DNA of 64,000 nucleotides from Nitrospirota bacterium (GCA_049325335.1 JBMOMC010000043.1:34202-98201); one strand, 5' to 3'. Counted from the first letter of the stretch, positions 29,901 through 39,125 are shown. The notes: generated by a model from the letters alone, not told the origin. Numbers and translations: made by a program.

Positions 29901-30421
29901 AGGCTCAAGACGTAGTCGGCCGTCGGATCGTGGCGTTTACCGGGGCCGACACGATCGGGCTTGACGACGGAATCCCCGCGACGGAGGACCACAATGTGGC
30001 GCCGACCTGGAAAATCGAGGGCGTGGATGGGAGTACGGACCGGACATTGCTCCGTCGGCCCGCCGGGTTGTTCCTGATTCCGGATCCGAATCCCGGTGAT
30101 GCGGTGCGCGATGACCGGCTGGTGGTGGCCAATCGCGGCGGCGGGAGCATCTTGATTTTCCAGGGCGTCAGCGCGCACGTCGCCGCGCCCCCGGCCGATT
30201 CCAATCTTGCGCCTACGTGGACCATGACCTCCTCGCTGTCCAGCCCCGTTGGGTTGGCCTTTGACCCGGGGCGACGTGATCTCTACGTCGCGGATTTAAA
30301 TCGGATCCTCGCGTTTCACGTGCCGGCGACCGCGGCGCCGTCAGCGACCGCGCGCATCATCCAGGGTTCGAGCACGGGCCTCTGGGGCCCCATCGGCCTG
30401 GCGCTTGATCCCGACCATTAA
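26996..30421 (+). CDS. large lipoprotein: Ig-like (Big_5/SbsA-type), FN3 and about 12 NHL-like beta-propeller blades
   Basis: Lipobox LLGC, DTTAPQL...P...TFSEPL...LRDLAGNQL...WRFTT, FN3 (LTADTDYDIRLRARDTAGN), recurring (R)xIxGxxTxLxxPxGxxxD...LYVAN units. Start approximate. Confidence 0.78.
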   Translation: MTNLPQQYFPRLVRAAIMSVALLGCGGQGTGTTDAGSGSTGADTTAPQLIQKSPDSGQTNVSTNEEIVLTFSEPLNSSLISATAINLYVSNPNTGQFESVVKGFRWDAQSNTLFVRPSTFFVTDRHYRVDISNSLRDLAGNQLDAGSAGVISWRFTTGTTFDDQPPAWNADATVRRVVKSFDTITVCWWSGQAPATDPGCDSTEVDALPPAAVDVPNNGSNNVLYTVEYRRASEATFSQMSTGLNARRVTLTDLTADTDYDIRLRARDTAGNAVEQSVAAASVRTPKAGRLYAANNVGNRLSIFSGAGQAAGDKAADVVTADRTGLAAPAGIAVDRIPDPNDPTRQIVDPDGYVYVAETDRNRIAAYKLSRAMDTNGDGVNEVVKLGDYGLLNNPEPDWTIEGSLTTADRTGLCGPSTLHLERVVDAGGNVSKFLYVANSLAMSVSGSPPCRPDTIVVFRVTTPPQGTNQAPATTIKRRLNFFAPIGFVVDRTYFDPTHVDPTPVDHTHGLLYVANRDDKSYVTDNQGWKIDVYAFQTPLDGTSPPFDDNSLDQAPSRQFWGSADGPCVTPVNEPPDRICGPTSLAYDEPTDTLFVANRNKHNILVFKQASRLSGRQEPIVVQGLNTGLVERATNNKLDYARPVGLYLDEGTFTIYPDETWTYTLGRLYVTTDDAQSVLIYDATEILIRDALPIRPSVNAPSSDPPLATVPDIRELNLLPLRVIQGTKTMLGQPARAADGSRDVGRQSSGPFAITVARNADGVNEAYVVTSGIFHPSTGLTPVPTVAMLNVSANKDPDQAPSTLLSRTTNTVPDRVVINPLLGAGAVALDAVEQRLYVAGFHSNMIAVYDDPLALSDGRTVPSRVIAGPATMLDHPIALAFRRRDANHPGSLYVVNQSSHTVTVFEERGGIPTGSLLGGNTPPSRYVGPPEGTNPFTMSVNLTQMAYPTGLAIDPDNGILYVSNRDAEQAQDVVGRRIVAFTGADTIGLDDGIPATEDHNVAPTWKIEGVDGSTDRTLLRRPAGLFLIPDPNPGDAVRDDRLVVANRGGGSILIFQGVSAHVAAPPADSNLAPTWTMTSSLSSPVGLAFDPGRRDLYVADLNRILAFHVPATAAPSATARIIQGSSTGLWGPIGLALDPDH

Positions 30422-30444
30422 CCCCCGCTACAATTTTCCTGATC

Positions 30445-32703
30445 ATGCGGTGCCTCCGATCCTCACGATACGGATGCGGTCTTCTGCCGGTCGCGGCCTT
30501 CGCGGTCGCGGTGACCGGGTGCGCCGTGACCGCCTCCCCATCGCACCGACCGCCCGCGATTCACGTGAGCGGGTCGGCGCAGGTGCCCGCGGTGTGTCCG
30601 CAGCCGGACGCGTGTGTCTCGGCGGCGATCGACTCGATCGCCGCGGGCGCGGTGGGTGCGGCCCGTGAGCGGCTGGACGCGATCCGCCGCGAGTGGCCGG
30701 GGACGCCGTGGGCCGGCCGCGCCGCGCTGCTGACGGCCAAACTCAGTCTGGACCACGACCCCGCTGCCGCGCTCGTCTTCTCTCTGCAGGCGGAGGATGA
30801 CCTGCCGATCCTCGGGGACCATGCCGTGGCGATTGCGGCGGAGGCGTCGAGGCGAATCGGCCGTCGCGCGGAAGCGGCCGCATATTTTGAAACGCTCGCG
30901 CGCCGATACCCGGAGTCAACGCTTGCGCCGTCCGCCTGGTGGGCGGCCGCGGACGTGTGGGCCGCGATCGACGGCCGTCAATCCGACGCCCTGACCGCCC
31001 TGTTCGAATTGGCCGACCGATTCCCGGACGACACGCGGACTCCGGCCGCCTTGGCCCGCATCATCTCGTTGGGCGCCGCCGCGGGACGACCATCGGACGG
31101 CGCGGCCGCTTGCCGCCGACTCCTGTCGGAGTTCGCGGCGTCATCGGAAGCCGCGTCCGTGCTCGCGCGGTGTCGCGACATCCCCAACGGCAGCGTTGCC
31201 GCGTTGTCGTTCGCGGAGCAGCGCCGCCGAGCCGAAGGGCTTGCCCGGGCCGCGAAATTTTCGGACGCGTTGGACGTCTGGACGCGGCTCAAACCGTCGG
31301 CGCCCACGGCGCATCTTGAGCGGGAGGTGGATTTACAGATCGGGATTACGTTCTATCGCCTCAAGCGCTGGGAGGAGGCGGGTCGCGCGTTCCGGCGCGT
31401 GGCCGCGTCCGACGCCGGGCCCGCGCTGCGGGAAGAGGCGCGGTTGTGGGAAGGACGGGCCGCGTTCCGTCGCGACGATGACCGGGCGTTACGGCGGGCC
31501 GAAGTCGCGCTGGCCGCGTCGGCTCCCGACAGTCCGCGTCGCTTGGAGTTGATCGCGCTGCGGGCGGCGTCGCATCGCTTTGCGCGAAACAACGAGGCCG
31601 CGATCGCCGCGTATCGAGAACTGGCGAGGGCCGCGACCGCGTTAGGCCGTCCCGATAAAACGGTCGAGGCCTCCTGGAACATCGGCTGGATCGAATACCG
31701 CCGCGGCCGCGCGGCGCAAGCGCGCGAGGCGTTTGCGCAGGCGCTCGAGACGGCGGCGCCGTCCGATCCGCAGATCCCGCAACTGCTGTACTGGATGTCG
31801 CGCCTGGAGCGCGGGAACGACGCGGACCGCGAGCCGTCCGACCCGGAGCGCGCCTTGACCACGAAATTTCCCTATACCTATTATGGATTGTTGGCGCGTC
31901 GGGTGGGCCTCGATCCCGGCGCGTCGGGCGCGCCGCCGTCCACCGACGCGGAGGCCGCGCGCGGGTCCGACGGCGGATTCACGGACCGCACCGCGGAATT
32001 GGCGCGCCTCGGTTGGCGCAACGAAGCGCGCGAGGAGTTACTCCTCGCTACGCGGCGGACGCCGCCCGCGTCCGATCGCGCCCTGAAAGTGGCAGATGCT
32101 CTGGCGGTCTTGGGCGCGGACGACGAAGCCCTGCGAATCGTGCGCCGCCACTTTGCCCCGGGGTTGGAACGCGGGGACGTCGCGCTGGCGCCGACCGTGT
32201 GGCGGCGGGCGTATCCGAACCATCTGCTTACCGCGATTCGCAGCCGCGCCGAGGACCGAGTGGACCCGTTCTTGGTCGCGGGACTGATCCGCGAAGAAAG
32301 CGTGTATGACGCGCGCGCGCTGTCACCCGTGGGCGCCATCGGCCTGATGCAGCTCATGCCGGAGACCGGGCGGCGGGTGGCCCGTCAGGTCGGCCTTGCT
32401 GATTTTGCGGTCGAACACCTCTACACGCCGGAGGTGAACCTCACCTTGGGCGTGCGGTATCTCGCGGACCTGCTGGACCGGTTTTCGGGCAACGAGGCCT
32501 ATGCCGTGGCCGCGTACAATGCGGGTCCAGAAGCCGTGACCCGGTGGCTGGAAGCCGGACCGCCGCGCTCGATCGAAGAATTTATCGAGGAAATCCCGTT
32601 TTCCGAGACTCGGGGCTACGTCAAACGCGTGTTGCGCAGCGCGTGGGTGTACCGCGGATTATACGGAGCGAGTCCGGAGCATCCGGTTCACGCGGCGCGG
32701 TAA
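30445..32703 (+). CDS. TPR-repeat lytic transglycosylase (Slt70-like) lipoprotein
   Basis: Lipobox VTGC, TPR helices, SLT motifs IREES, GAIGLMQLMP.TG, AAYNAGP, EIPFSETRGYVK. Confidence 0.9.
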   Translation: MRCLRSSRYGCGLLPVAAFAVAVTGCAVTASPSHRPPAIHVSGSAQVPAVCPQPDACVSAAIDSIAAGAVGAARERLDAIRREWPGTPWAGRAALLTAKLSLDHDPAAALVFSLQAEDDLPILGDHAVAIAAEASRRIGRRAEAAAYFETLARRYPESTLAPSAWWAAADVWAAIDGRQSDALTALFELADRFPDDTRTPAALARIISLGAAAGRPSDGAAACRRLLSEFAASSEAASVLARCRDIPNGSVAALSFAEQRRRAEGLARAAKFSDALDVWTRLKPSAPTAHLEREVDLQIGITFYRLKRWEEAGRAFRRVAASDAGPALREEARLWEGRAAFRRDDDRALRRAEVALAASAPDSPRRLELIALRAASHRFARNNEAAIAAYRELARAATALGRPDKTVEASWNIGWIEYRRGRAAQAREAFAQALETAAPSDPQIPQLLYWMSRLERGNDADREPSDPERALTTKFPYTYYGLLARRVGLDPGASGAPPSTDAEAARGSDGGFTDRTAELARLGWRNEAREELLLATRRTPPASDRALKVADALAVLGADDEALRIVRRHFAPGLERGDVALAPTVWRRAYPNHLLTAIRSRAEDRVDPFLVAGLIREESVYDARALSPVGAIGLMQLMPETGRRVARQVGLADFAVEHLYTPEVNLTLGVRYLADLLDRFSGNEAYAVAAYNAGPEAVTRWLEAGPPRSIEEFIEEIPFSETRGYVKRVLRSAWVYRGLYGASPEHPVHAAR

Positions 32704-32788
32704 GCCCGATCAGGGCGTTCAGGAGGCGTGCCCCCCGGCGATTGACCCGTGACCGACCGCTTTCGTACAATCGGCCGCGGCTCCGGGT

Positions 32789-33415
32789 ATGGACCTCCAC
32801 AGCCTTCAAGAATTGCAAACCGCTGTCGCCGAACAGCGCGCCGCCATCAACCTTGATCCGGTGACGGCCCGCCGATTGGTGGTGCAGGGCCGTCCGCCCG
32901 TGACGACCTACATCGCGCGCGGACCGCGATGGCTTTTTCGGGCCCTCGGGGTGTTGTGCGCCGGGGCGCTGGCCGCGGGCGTGGCGTTGCTGATCAGCGG
33001 GCGCCCCATGTACGCGGCGCTGGTGTTTTTGGGCGCCGTCATCCTGCATTACCTGTGGGGAGAGCTGGCCTCGGAACTCGTGCGGATGATCGCGCTGCGA
33101 GACGCCGCGTTCTGCGGGCTGGCGATTCGCGAAGGCTGGATCACGTTGGTCGAGCCCCCGGTGGGGCCCGGCCGGGCGCTCAAACCGCTCGCACCCGGTG
33201 CGGCCGGCGTCGCCTCGTACGACGAAGAAATCACCCGCGCCAAGTCCCGATTGGCGGAACGGCCCGACGACGCCCAAACCCGGTTTGACCTCGGTGTGAC
33301 CTATCTGTTGACGGGGCAATTCGACTTGGCGTTGGAGGAATCGCGCATGTTGAACATGGTTGATGCGCGGCTCGCCGCCAAGCTCCAAGCCCTTACCAAA
33401 CTGCTCGCGAACTGA
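32789..33415 (+). CDS. membrane protein with C-terminal TPR-like motif
   Basis: Two TM helices and PDDAQTRFDLGVTYLLTGQFDLAL. Upstream TTGACC-N18-TACAAT. Confidence 0.65.
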   Translation: MDLHSLQELQTAVAEQRAAINLDPVTARRLVVQGRPPVTTYIARGPRWLFRALGVLCAGALAAGVALLISGRPMYAALVFLGAVILHYLWGELASELVRMIALRDAAFCGLAIREGWITLVEPPVGPGRALKPLAPGAAGVASYDEEITRAKSRLAERPDDAQTRFDLGVTYLLTGQFDLALEESRMLNMVDARLAAKLQALTKLLAN

Positions 33416-33424
33416 TCGACCGGA

Positions 33425-34228
33425 TCAGAAAACGGTCTCGAGGCTTTTGACCGAGGATTTCACCACATAGACCGTGTGGGCGTGGCGCTCATCCACGCGG
33501 AGCGTGATAAAAAACCCCACGGTCTCGGGCGCAAAGTCCCGCAGCGTGCCCTGAATCGTTTCACCGTCTCGGAACTCGACCGTGACCTGGCGGTCCAACG
33601 GGTCGGAATTCCCCCCGGCGATTTCCGGCCGTGCGTCGGACTCCACAAAGAAGACGGATTTAACCTGCTCTAAATCCACCGCGATCGGCTCGGGGGATTC
33701 GTCCGTCGCGGCATGTCGGCGGTCCTGTTTGCGTTCATCCCAGCGCGGCGCATGGCCCGGCGCAGGCGTGTGTCGTCGGGAGCCGCGCCGTCGGCCGGCG
33801 CCGGACCCCGACGCGCCGTTGAGACGGTGCAGCGCCGCGTCCACGCGGTGCCGTGTTGCAGCGGTGAGCCGAAGAAACTCCACGCCCATTCCCACCCCGG
33901 GGTCGGAGAACACCACCCGAGCCGCGGTGTCGATCGGGTCCGCGTCGAGCCGGAGCGACATGGTGATGACCGTTCCCGTGGCGTACGGCGCCAGGGTTTC
34001 GACGAACGCGCCGCGGGCGTTCACGTCCGTGACGCGTCCGACGGTCACCTGGTCGATTTTGACGTCGGCCACGAACCACAAACGAGGATCGCTTCGGCGC
34101 TCGCCATAAACCCCGCGTCGACAGTATTGTAGCGACTCGTGCGTCAGCAATGACGACGTGAGCAGGCCGCGGTCGAGTCGGCCGTCCTTAAAATGGATCA
34201 CAATAGGCTGAGCCGCAGGGTCCGACAT
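33425..34228 (-). CDS. PilZ-domain protein embedded in a DUF6982-like fold
   Basis: PilZ ERRSDPR and DVNARG, GMGVEF. Flanked by VIHFKDGR...G and VDLEQVKSVFFV...VTVEFRDGETIQG...GFF. Confidence 0.7.
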   Translation of the reverse strand: MSDPAAQPIVIHFKDGRLDRGLLTSSLLTHESLQYCRRGVYGERRSDPRLWFVADVKIDQVTVGRVTDVNARGAFVETLAPYATGTVITMSLRLDADPIDTAARVVFSDPGVGMGVEFLRLTAATRHRVDAALHRLNGASGSGAGRRRGSRRHTPAPGHAPRWDERKQDRRHAATDESPEPIAVDLEQVKSVFFVESDARPEIAGGNSDPLDRQVTVEFRDGETIQGTLRDFAPETVGFFITLRVDERHAHTVYVVKSSVKSLETVF

Positions 34229-34369
34229 ACGATGGTTACAGCCGTGTCCCGGACATGGCGGACAGTATAGCAACTGCGCGGCGGCCGACAAGTGCGGGTG
34301 CTGCCGTCAGGCGAGGCGGTACGAGCGGCCAGGAGCTGATGGTGACGGCGCAAGCGGGGCGAAAATGGT

Positions 34370-34445
34370 TGGTGGTCCCAACGGGGTTCGAACCCGTGTC
34401 TCCGGCGTGAGAGGCCAGCGTCCTAGGCCACTAGACGATGGGACC
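34370..34445 (-). tRNA. tRNA-Glu (anticodon CUC)
   Basis: GGTCCCATCGTCTAGTGGCCTAGGACGCTGGCCTCTCACGCCGG...GGTTCGAACCC...GGGACCACCA. Confidence 0.96.
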
Positions 34446-34598
34446 CAACCGCGCTTTCGAAGGGCAACGCAGCGCCTGTTTTGCTTCGCCACCTGTACGG
34501 GAGGAGCCTGGTTGCAGGCTGCGCCAGGCGGCGCAGTGCAGGTCCCCGGCGCGAGGCCGCTAAAAGCCCGCGATTTTTAATACACCAGCGGGGGAAAG

Positions 34599-36179
34599 TC
34601 AAGCAATCGGCTGGTCGGTGGGCGGTCTGACGCCGGAGCGCGCTGCGGCGGTGGCCGCGACCGCGAGGCCCACCACGAGGCCGAAGAGGACGATGCCCGC
34701 GAGTTGCGCCCACGCGCCCCACGTGTGGGGCGCGGCAAGGTCCGCGAGGCGCGAGAGCAGATCGAACGAGGCGTGGGGGTCGTTGTGCACGGCTTTCATG
34801 CCGGCCAAGGCCGCGATGGTGAGTGCGGCGCACGCCCACGCGCCGATTGCGCCCAGAAGTCCGCGCGCCATCAGCCCCGGCAGGGAGACGGCGGGTCCGG
34901 ACGGCGCGGCGTCGGATTCAAGTCGGGGCTCCCGTGCGCCTACCGGGCAAAAGCGCTGGAGCATCACCATCCCCGGGAGGCCCACCGCCATCGTGACCAC
35001 AAAAAAGTCGCGCCAGCCGATCGCGTCCACCAGCACGCCGGTGACCGGGCCCGACAACAATCGCGGCAACGCAAAGAGACTGGAGAACAAGGCGTATTGC
35101 GTGGCGGAGAAACGCTTCTGCGTCATCCGTAGCAGCAACACCCCGAACGCGCCGGTGCCCATACCGGTGGTGAGGCTCTCGAACCCCATGGCCGCGTACA
35201 TGACGGGTCGGTTCAGCCCGACGACCGCCACGGCCACGTATCCCATATTGGAGAGGATTTGCAGCGCGCCGAACAACCAGAGCGCGTGCCCGAGTCCCAG
35301 CCCGGTGGTCAGCGCACCGCCCACGAACGTGCCGGCCAGCGTGGCGAAGAGGCCGATCGTGGCGGTGGCGACGCCGACATCGACGTTGTTGAAGCCCACC
35401 TGCACCAAAAACGGCCGCACCAACGCGCCCGCGAGATTGTCCGCGAGTTTGTACAGCACGACGAACGCCAGCATTTCCCACGCGCGCGGCACGGCCAGAA
35501 AACCGACAAAGGGCTCCCACACCGCCTCGCGCAAGGTGCGCGGCGCCGCGACGTCCCCGGGGTCGGGCGTCGGCGCGCTCGCGGTCGCGACCAGCATCGG
35601 GACGTAGGTGATCGCCAGCGCGACGAACACACCGGGCCACGACCACGTTCCGGCGAGGGTGATCGCCAAGCCTCCCGCGGTAAACATGGCCGCGCGGTAG
35701 AGCGCGGTGCGCGCGCCAACGGCCACCCCCTGTTCCTCGGGGCGTAATACCTCCACGGCGTACGCGTCCACCGCGATGTCTTGGCTGGCCGAGGCGAACG
35801 CGATGGCCAACGCTACGCTGGCGATGACCCAGACCGAGTCCGGATGCACGGCCAGTCGGGCGAGCCACAACGTGAGTCCCAGCAACGCGACCTGCGTGGC
35901 CAGCGCCCACCCCAGTTTGCCGCGCAGACGCGGGACGGGTAGGGCGTACCGGTCCATCAACGGCGACCAGACGAATTTAAAGGTCCACGGCGCCTGAGCG
36001 AGGGTGAACAATCCGATGACTTTGATATCCACGCCTTCTTGCGCAAGCCACGTCGGGATCGCGATCCATACGAGACCGAGGGGGAGGCCGGAAGAGAACG
36101 ACAGCAGGGTCACCGCGGCGGTGCGGCGCGCGCGTAGCGCGTGCCACACCGCTCGCCAGCCGGCGGGACGAGTGGTCAC
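34599..36179 (-). CDS. ampG: AmpG family muropeptide MFS transporter with C-terminal 2-TM extension
   Basis: FSSGLPL, KFVWSPLMDRY, SASQDIAVDAY, LYKLADN, FSATQYALFSSL. Confidence 0.9.
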   Translation of the reverse strand: MTTRPAGWRAVWHALRARRTAAVTLLSFSSGLPLGLVWIAIPTWLAQEGVDIKVIGLFTLAQAPWTFKFVWSPLMDRYALPVPRLRGKLGWALATQVALLGLTLWLARLAVHPDSVWVIASVALAIAFASASQDIAVDAYAVEVLRPEEQGVAVGARTALYRAAMFTAGGLAITLAGTWSWPGVFVALAITYVPMLVATASAPTPDPGDVAAPRTLREAVWEPFVGFLAVPRAWEMLAFVVLYKLADNLAGALVRPFLVQVGFNNVDVGVATATIGLFATLAGTFVGGALTTGLGLGHALWLFGALQILSNMGYVAVAVVGLNRPVMYAAMGFESLTTGMGTGAFGVLLLRMTQKRFSATQYALFSSLFALPRLLSGPVTGVLVDAIGWRDFFVVTMAVGLPGMVMLQRFCPVGAREPRLESDAAPSGPAVSLPGLMARGLLGAIGAWACAALTIAALAGMKAVHNDPHASFDLLSRLADLAAPHTWGAWAQLAGIVLFGLVVGLAVAATAAARSGVRPPTDQPIA

Positions 36180-36318
36180 GAACGGGAAGGCGGTCTGATC
36201 ACGGTCACGGGATGCAGCCCACGTTTATTGCGGAGACGGCGAATGGGGAGGAGTATAGGGACGCGGGTCGGGCAAGGCAAGCCGCGCGTCGCGGAGCGCG
36301 ACCGGGCTCGCGGACGCG

Positions 36319-38274
36319 TTAATCGTTGGCGGCTCGGCGGATGCGCCGACCTTGGACCGATGGCACCTCGATGGGCGAGCGATGGTCGTCCTTGCGACGA
36401 CAGCGGGGACAGAAGTTCCAGCCCTCGCGAAGGGTTTTGCCGCACTGCGGACACCGATTGTCCACGGCCGTGCCGCACGCGGGGCAGACCACGAAATCAG
36501 CGTGCAGCACCCCCTGGCACTGTCCGCAAAGCGTTTCGTAGGTGCCTTCGACATCCACGACCCGCAGCAATTCTTCAACGCTGGTGTCGCCCCGCGCCAC
36601 GCGGGAGAGTCCGTCCTGAAACAACGTGATCATGCCGGCCGCCAGCGCTTCGTGTTGGATCTCGTGGTCCGGCGCGCTCGACGTCACCAAGTCACGGAGT
36701 CGGCTGGTCATCACCAAGAGCTCGTGCACGCCGACTCTCCCGGTGTACCCGGTCTGGTGGCAGGCCGAACACCCCACCGGTCGATAGACGGTCATGACCG
36801 CGTCCGATTGCGGCGGAACACGCAGGGCCATACGTTCCTGCTCAGTGGCTGAGTCCTCGCGGCGGCAGGTCGCGCACAACCGGCGGACCAGCCGTTGGGC
36901 GATCACGCCCACCACCTGCGAGGCGACCAAGAACCGTGGCACGCCGAGGTCCACCAGACGCGCGAGCGCGGAGGGCGCGTCGTTGGTGTGCAGCGAGGAG
37001 AGCACCAGGTGTCCGGTCATGGCGGCCCGCACCGCGATCTGCGCGGTTTCCGTGTCGCGGATTTCGCCGATCAAAATCACATCGGGGTCCTGCCGCAACA
37101 AGGCGCGCAAACACATCGCGAACGTCAGTCCGATGTCCGCGTTGACCTGCATGTGGTTCGCGCCGTCGATTTGGTACTCCACCGGGTCTTCCACGGTGGC
37201 CACGTTGACCGTGGGAGTGGCCAACCGTCGGATCATCCGAAACAGCGTGGTGGTTTTCCCGCTGCCCGTGGGGCCGGTGGCTAAGATTAACCCCTTGTGG
37301 TGCCGCAGCAGCGACTCCATGACAGCGTCGTGGCGCGGCGACATGCCGAAGGCCTCGGCCGCGGATGACTCCGTCGACCGTCCCAGCATCCGGATGACGG
37401 TTTTTTCGCCCAACTGCATGGGCACCACCGATACGCGAAGATCCAACTCCTGCTGATCGACCAAGATGCGGACCGCCCCGTCCTGCGGCAGCCGCCGCTC
37501 CGCGATGTCGAGTTTGGCCAGCACTTTGATCCGCGACACCAGCGGGCCGTGCACCCATTTGGGCAGCCGCATGTCTTCGCGCAGCAGGCCGTCCACCCGG
37601 TACCGGACCCGTACCGCGCGTTTTTCGGGCTCAATGTGGATATCGCTCGCGCGCAGCTTCACGGCTTTGGTCAAGATCAAATTCGCCAAACGAATGATGG
37701 GAGCGAGGCGGCTGCGCTCGGCGAGCGCGTGCATTTCATCCGGGGTGATGGACAGGTCGGGCACGACCTCCACGTTCACCTCGTTCAGGGACGAGGACCC
37801 CTCTTCAACCAGCGCCTCCACGGCCGCGTCGTGACGGTCGGCGTCGGTGGCGGTGTATCGGGCCTCGATGGCTTCCAGCAAGGCGCGCCGCGCGGCCAAC
37901 ACGGGCTGGATCGTCAGGCCGGAGCAAAACTTCAGATCCTTGATGGCGTCGTAGTCCAGCGGATCCGCCATGGCCACGATCAGGCGTTTGCCGTCCAAGC
38001 GGATCGGCAGACAGGTGTATTTGCGCGCCACCGCCGCGGGAATCAACGCCAAGACGTCCGCGTCCGGCGCGGCGTGCGCGGGATCAACCTGCGGCAAGCC
38101 GAGCTGCGAGGTCAGGATCGCGAAGAGCTCGCCTTCCGTGATAAACCCCAGTTCAATCAAGGTTTCGCCCACGCGGCCCTTGGTCTCGCGTTGTTTCTCG
38201 AGCGCGGTTTGCAGTTGTTCGGGCGTGAGTTTGCCCTGATCGATCAGCAGATCTCCCAACCGTTTCTTCGTGAT
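36319..38274 (-). CDS. PilB/GspE/MshE-family ATPase with N-terminal MshEN domain and C-terminal double zinc ribbon
   Basis: RLGDLLIDQG...Q and RVGETL..LG MshEN repeats, ASDIHIEP, GPTGSGKTT, DPDVILIGEIRD, SSLHTND, CxxC pairs and four terminal CxxC. Start placed at ATC after AAGGAG (see findings). Confidence 0.9.
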   Translation of the reverse strand: MTKKRLGDLLIDQGKLTPEQLQTALEKQRETKGRVGETLIELGFITEGELFAILTSQLGLPQVDPAHAAPDADVLALIPAAVARKYTCLPIRLDGKRLIVAMADPLDYDAIKDLKFCSGLTIQPVLAARRALLEAIEARYTATDADRHDAAVEALVEEGSSSLNEVNVEVVPDLSITPDEMHALAERSRLAPIIRLANLILTKAVKLRASDIHIEPEKRAVRVRYRVDGLLREDMRLPKWVHGPLVSRIKVLAKLDIAERRLPQDGAVRILVDQQELDLRVSVVPMQLGEKTVIRMLGRSTESSAAEAFGMSPRHDAVMESLLRHHKGLILATGPTGSGKTTTLFRMIRRLATPTVNVATVEDPVEYQIDGANHMQVNADIGLTFAMCLRALLRQDPDVILIGEIRDTETAQIAVRAAMTGHLVLSSLHTNDAPSALARLVDLGVPRFLVASQVVGVIAQRLVRRLCATCRREDSATEQERMALRVPPQSDAVMTVYRPVGCSACHQTGYTGRVGVHELLVMTSRLRDLVTSSAPDHEIQHEALAAGMITLFQDGLSRVARGDTSVEELLRVVDVEGTYETLCGQCQGVLHADFVVCPACGTAVDNRCPQCGKTLREGWNFCPRCRRKDDHRSPIEVPSVQGRRIRRAAND

Positions 38275-38308
38275 GGCGGACTCCTTTCGATGTCGTGTCG
38301 CGGGGCTA

Positions 38309-38337
38309 AAGGTAAAAGCGCGCCGCGCAATCGTCAA
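38309..38337 (-). promoter_or_regulatory. sigma70-type promoter of the PilB-like gene
   Basis: Minus strand TTGACG-N17-TACCTT. Confidence 0.6.
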
Positions 38338-38384
38338 GGCGGACGGCGGGGTGCATTCGTCGCGGTTCGCCCCGAGTATTTTGG

Positions 38385-39125
38385 CTACGGCAGGTTGGTA
38401 AAAAATCCGTCCGCGCCGAGGCGGGTGAGGCGGTGTTTGTCCGCGGTGCGATCCACGGTATAGGGCAGGACCGCGTATCCGGCGTCATGGAGACGGCCAA
38501 CCAGGTCTTTGGTCACCACCCGCGCCGGCGGGTGGATCGAGACCGCGTCAAGTCGCGCGGCCCGGGCCAACGCGGTGTCGATGGACCACGGATGCACCAG
38601 GATGCCGATGGCGATCGCCGCGTCGAGCCGACGCAGCCGCTCCAGGTATCGCACGTGAAACGACGAGACCACCACGCGGTCGCGCCACCCCGAACGGATG
38701 ACCAGGGCCAGGACTCGAGCCTCCAGGCCGGGGTGCAGCCGGCGCAGCCCGGCTTTGAGTTCGATGTTGAGGATCGCGCGGCCCTTGAGCGCGCGCAACA
38801 CCCGCGCGAGCGTGGGAATCCTCGCGTGGCGATACGCGGGTGCGAACCACGAGCCCACGTCCAGTGCGGCGGCCTCGCGCTGCGTGAGCCGCTCCACCGC
38901 CTTTCGGACGCCGGCGGTGCGTTGGAGCGACGCGTCGTGCACCACGACCGGGCGACGATCGCGCGTCTGGTGCACGTCGAACTCGATCACGCGCGCTCCG
39001 CGGGCCAGCGCGAGTTCAAACGCCTCGATCGTGTTCTCCGGGGCGAGGCCTGAGGCCCCCCGGTGGGCGATAACGACCGGCGCGCGGCGCGGCCACGGTG
39101 AACGCCGTGTTGACTTGTTTCGCAT
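38385..39125 (-). CDS. glycerophosphodiester phosphodiesterase
   Basis: IAHRGASGLAPENT, EFDV..T.D..PVVVHD, NIELK, SSF, YTVD, DGFFTN. Confidence 0.92.
   Translation of the reverse strand: MRNKSTRRSPWPRRAPVVIAHRGASGLAPENTIEAFELALARGARVIEFDVHQTRDRRPVVVHDASLQRTAGVRKAVERLTQREAAALDVGSWFAPAYRHARIPTLARVLRALKGRAILNIELKAGLRRLHPGLEARVLALVIRSGWRDRVVVSSFHVRYLERLRRLDAAIAIGILVHPWSIDTALARAARLDAVSIHPPARVVTKDLVGRLHDAGYAVLPYTVDRTADKHRLTRLGADGFFTNLP

Noticed and set aside
34236..34256. Six-codon minus-strand ORF (MSGTRL) right after a TATACT box upstream of the PilZ gene
   Set aside because: Too short to distinguish from chance without ribosome profiling.
34321..34445. tRNA-Glu (and tRNA-Arg/His) 3' ends as island integration sites
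   Set aside because: I saw no duplicated tRNA 3' end, integrase or clear compositional boundary.
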